Assembly: GCA_032718475.1 (NCBI GenBank)
Contig: JAUCBJ010003349.1
Coordinates: forward strand, 1-64,000
Source of the DNA: Nemertoderma westbladi
Taxonomy: Eukaryota > Animalia > Xenacoelomorpha
DNA: 64,000 nucleotides
Reading direction: 5' to 3'
A model generated the notes under the pieces. The model saw only the letters and a program-made list of their open reading frames with translations. It was not told the origin of the DNA and searched no databases. This document shows, one piece after another, positions 60,401 through 64,000 of this stretch; the first letter of the stretch is position 1; each line of letters starts with the position of its first letter. A program made the translations under genes and the position numbers.

Positions 60401-62811
60401 AGCGTCAGGTAGACGTAGAGAACGAGACGTCCTCGAAGATAACTTATGAGTTGATGAGCGTCAGGTAGACGTAGAGAACGAGACGTCCTCGAAGATAACT
60501 TATGAGTTGATGAGCGTCAGGTAGACGTAGAGAACGAGACGTCCTCGAAGATAACTTATGAGTTGATGAGCGTCAGGTAGACGTAGAGAACGAGACGTCC
60601 TCGAAGATAACTTATGAGTTGATGAGCGTCAGGTAGACGTAGAGAACGAGACGTCCTCGAAGATAACTTATGAGTTGATGAGCGTCAGGTAGACGTAGAG
60701 AACGAGACGTCCTCGAAGATAACTTATGAGTTGATGAGCGTCAGGTAGACGTAGAGAACGAGACGTCCTCGAAGATAACTTATGAGTTGATGAGCGTCAG
60801 GTAGACGTAGAGAACGAGACGTCCTCGAAGATAACTTATGAGTTGATGAGCGTCAGGTAGACGTAGAGAACGAGACGTCCTCGAAGATAACTTATGAGTT
60901 GATGAGCGTCAGGTAGACGTAGAGAACGAGACGTCCTCGAAGATAACTTATGAGTTGATGAGCGTCAGGTAGACGTAGAGAACGAGACGTCCTCGAAGAT
61001 AACTTATGAGTTGATGAGCGTCAGGTAGACGTAGAGAACGAGACGTCCTCGAAGATAACTTATGAGTTGATGAGCGTCAGGTAGACGTAGAGAACGAGAC
61101 GTCCTCGAAGATAACTTATGAGTTGATGAGCGTCAGGTAGACGTAGAGAACGAGACGTCCTCGAAGATAACTTATGAGTTGATGAGCGTCAGGTAGACGT
61201 AGAGAACGAGACGTCCTCGAAGATAACTTATGAGTTGATGAGCGTCAGGTAGACGTAGAGAACGAGACGTCCTCGAAGATAACTTATGAGTTGATGAGCG
61301 TCAGGTAGACGTAGAGAACGAGACGTCCTCGAAGATAACTTATGAGTTGATGAGCGTCAGGTAGACGTAGAGAACGAGACGTCCTCGAAGATAACTTATG
61401 AGTTGATGAGCGTCAGGTAGACGTAGAGAACGAGACGTCCTCGAAGATAACTTATGAGTTGATGAGCGTCAGGTAGACGTAGAGAACGAGACGTCCTCGA
61501 AGATAACTTATGAGTTGATGAGCGTCAGGTAGACGTAGAGAACGAGACGTCCTCGAAGATAACTTATGAGTTGATGAGCGTCAGGTAGACGTAGAGAACG
61601 AGACGTCCTCGAAGATAACTTATGAGTTGATGAGCGTCAGGTAGACGTAGAGAACGAGACGTCCTCGAAGATAACTTATGAGTTGATGAGCGTCAGGTAG
61701 ACGTAGAGAACGAGACGTCCTCGAAGATAACTTATGAGTTGATGAGCGTCAGGTAGACGTAGAGAACGAGACGTCCTCGAAGATAACTTATGAGTTGATG
61801 AGCGTCAGGTAGACGTAGAGAACGAGACGTCCTCGAAGATAACTTATGAGTTGATGAGCGTCAGGTAGACGTAGAGAACGAGACGTCCTCGAAGATAACT
61901 TATGAGTTGATGAGCGTCAGGTAGACGTAGAGAACGAGACGTCCTCGAAGATAACTTATGAGTTGATGAGCGTCAGGTAGACGTAGAGAACGAGACGTCC
62001 TCGAAGATAACTTATGAGTTGATGAGCGTCAGGTAGACGTAGAGAACGAGACGTCCTCGAAGATAACTTATGAGTTGATGAGCGTCAGGTAGACGTAGAG
62101 AACGAGACGTCCTCGAAGATAACTTATGAGTTGATGAACGTCAGGTAGACGTAGAGAACGAGACGTCCTCGAAGATAACTTATGAGTTGATGAGCGTCAG
62201 GTAGACGTAGAGAACGAGACGTCCTCGAAGATAACTTATGAGTTGATGAGCGTCAGGTAGACGTAGAGAACGAGACGTCCTCGAAGATAACTTATGAGTT
62301 GATGAGCGTCAGGTAGACGTAGAGAACGAGACGTCCTCGAAGATAACTTATGAGTTGATGAGCGTCAGGTAGACGTAGAGAACGAGACGTCCTCGAAGAT
62401 AACTTATGAGTTGATGAGCGTCAGGTAGACGTAGAGAACGAGACGTCCTCGAAGATAACTTATGAGTTGATGAGCGTCAGGTAGACGTAGAGAACGAGAC
62501 GTCCTCGAAGATAACTTAATTGCCATATTTTATAATATCTATAAATATAATATCTAATATTTCCGGCAAATTTAAGGAAAATTGAGGAAATGGTGCACAT
62601 TTGAAAATAGGCAAAAATTAACTTTTCGAAAAAAAAGCCATAAACTCATGATTTTCTATCGTGCTGCTCGAAGCGGAAAATCACCTATTTAAAATTTTTT
62701 TTTCTATGAAGTTACACATAGGTCAGAGAGTGTCTGTGTAAAATTTGAGACAAATTGGTTCAAAAATGGCCACTGGGGAAAGGTGTTTGTCACTGTGCCT
62801 CAAATGTGATA
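57451..62811. mobile_element. Non-coding TIR element enclosing the 56-bp array
   Basis: Perfect 21-bp inverted repeat TATCACATTTGAGGCACAGTG at 57451-57471 and 62791-62811; the outer TA may be the TSD. ~53-bp subterminal repeats ATGCCCATGGCGAACCAC at 57490-57650. Confidence 0.75.
58375..62518. repeat. 56-bp tandem array, 74 copies, almost invariant (TATGAGTTGATGAGCGTCAGGTAGACGTAGAGAACGAGACGTCCTCGAAGATAACT)
   Basis: 4144 bp / 56 = 74 units. Only five substitutions were seen (58386, 58512, 58568, 58736, 62138), and there are no spacers. Confidence 0.98.
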
Positions 62812-63122
62812 CAACCGTCGATTTAGTTGTACTAGAGGCATGTTGTAAGACCAAATTATTAGTATTTTGAAGTTATTGCCTATATTTCACATTACAAGTA
62901 ATGTATTTCACAACAAATACCACCACTAAAAGCCTATAATGACTAATGAGAGTGCTTCTATCATATAATGATTTGCTATATATCGCCTTGCAAAAAGCGA
63001 TTGTAGTGGGATAACTTTGGCCCATATCGGTTATCCTGGGCATTTCCCAGTGACAAAGAATAAGAGATTGGATGGAAGGACATTAAGTAAAGGAAGTAAG
63101 GAACTACTACGATTGGCATAGG

Positions 63123-63640
63123 AACTACTACAATTGGCATATTACATATATATTAAGAATGCTGTGCCGGCTGACGACAACATTGCGATTGCGCCGCCAC
63201 AACTCCCTATCACCCATGACATTTGCTAGATCATCCGCATCTTCAAGGCCAGTATCCTTTAAGATGCGTCTCAAGAAAGTCATGGGCTGTCCACCATGCT
63301 TATTCACTCCATGAGGCTGCCAAAGTACAAGATTATGCACTGGCTGGTCCTCACGGCGAAAGCAATGTCCTGCAAAGCGGAGGCGATTTTGTTCTAGTGT
63401 CAAGCTTGGGGGAACCAATGAGACACCTCCAATGTTATATAGTGTCTGGTTGAAGATGTGTGCATTGTACTTGACACAATGAACCCGTCGTAGCATTCTT
63501 GTGAATCAGAGACTCCAGAGATTTGGTATCCTCAGCAGTTAGCATGGACTCCCATAGATGAGTACTTGAACTACTACTGCTCTAAATAATCGGACCTTAA
63601 GTTTCCGATGTATTCTGTGTGACATCCAAATCCTGGAAAC
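63123..63640 (-). mobile_element. 3' fragment of an RTE-clade LINE
   Basis: RLRFAGHCFRREDQPVHNLVLWQP..HG…DTGL…MGDRELWR, with KLKVRLFRAVV-like sequence upstream. Confidence 0.85.
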
Positions 63641-63689
63641 AAGCAAGAAAGAAGAAAGGGAAGGAAAATAAATACTCAATAAAACTGGT

Positions 63690-64000
63690 TACATGGTCGA
63701 TTTAAAAAATACACCAATCAGGGGAAAGGAAAAGGTTACAGTGCCGGTGTTGTTTTCTAGCCAAAACAATAAACGATAGTAAATAATGCTGGTTTCATGA
63801 TCAATTTAAAAAATACACCAATCATGGGAAAGGAAAGGGTTACAGTGCCGGTGTTGTTTTCTAGCCAAAACAATAAACGATAGTAAATAATGCTGGTTTC
63901 ATGATCAATTTAAAAAATACACCAATCATGGGAAAGGAAAGGGTTACAGTGCCGGTGTTGTTTTCTAACCAAAACAATAAACGATAGTAAATAATGCTGG
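63690..64000. repeat. 104-bp tandem repeat, at least 3 copies, running off the window end
   Basis: AATGCTGG recurs at 63785, 63889 and 63993. Confidence 0.9.

Noticed and set aside
58375-62518. CRISPR array or canonical hammerhead ribozyme array
   Set aside because: There are no unique spacers and no cas genes, and the context is eukaryotic. The hammerhead core is incomplete on both strands (no CUGAnGA plus GAAA plus UH).

Overview
Eukaryotic DNA, most likely from an invertebrate animal (inferred from AT-rich spacers, animal-type transposon families and a GT-AG intron), and almost entirely mobile DNA. In order, the window holds: the 3' end of a BEL/Pao LTR retrotransposon; a truncated LINE; and a three-level nest in which an uncharacterised 508-aa gene is split by a Mutator element (9-bp TSD), itself split by an RT/integrase-less BEL element (5-bp TSD). 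Next come an intact Mag-like Ty3/Gypsy element and a cluster of MITEs, a SINE fragment and minisatellites. A decayed Polinton/adintovirus-like block follows (Ulp1-type protease fragment, PC4-like ORF, protein-primed DNA polymerase B), interrupted by an RTE LINE flanked by a 235-bp duplication. After that are a CR1/L2-group LINE, a divergent but open PIAS-type SUMO E3 ligase gene, and a TIR-bounded element containing 74 near-identical 56-bp repeats. The two strongest leads are (i) a SUMO eraser and a SUMO writer on the same strand flanking a viral-type pPolB, and (ii) the 56-bp repeat, which folds into three hairpins and whose only variants I found all repair the same base pair. Family calls come from motif recognition by eye; no database search was run.
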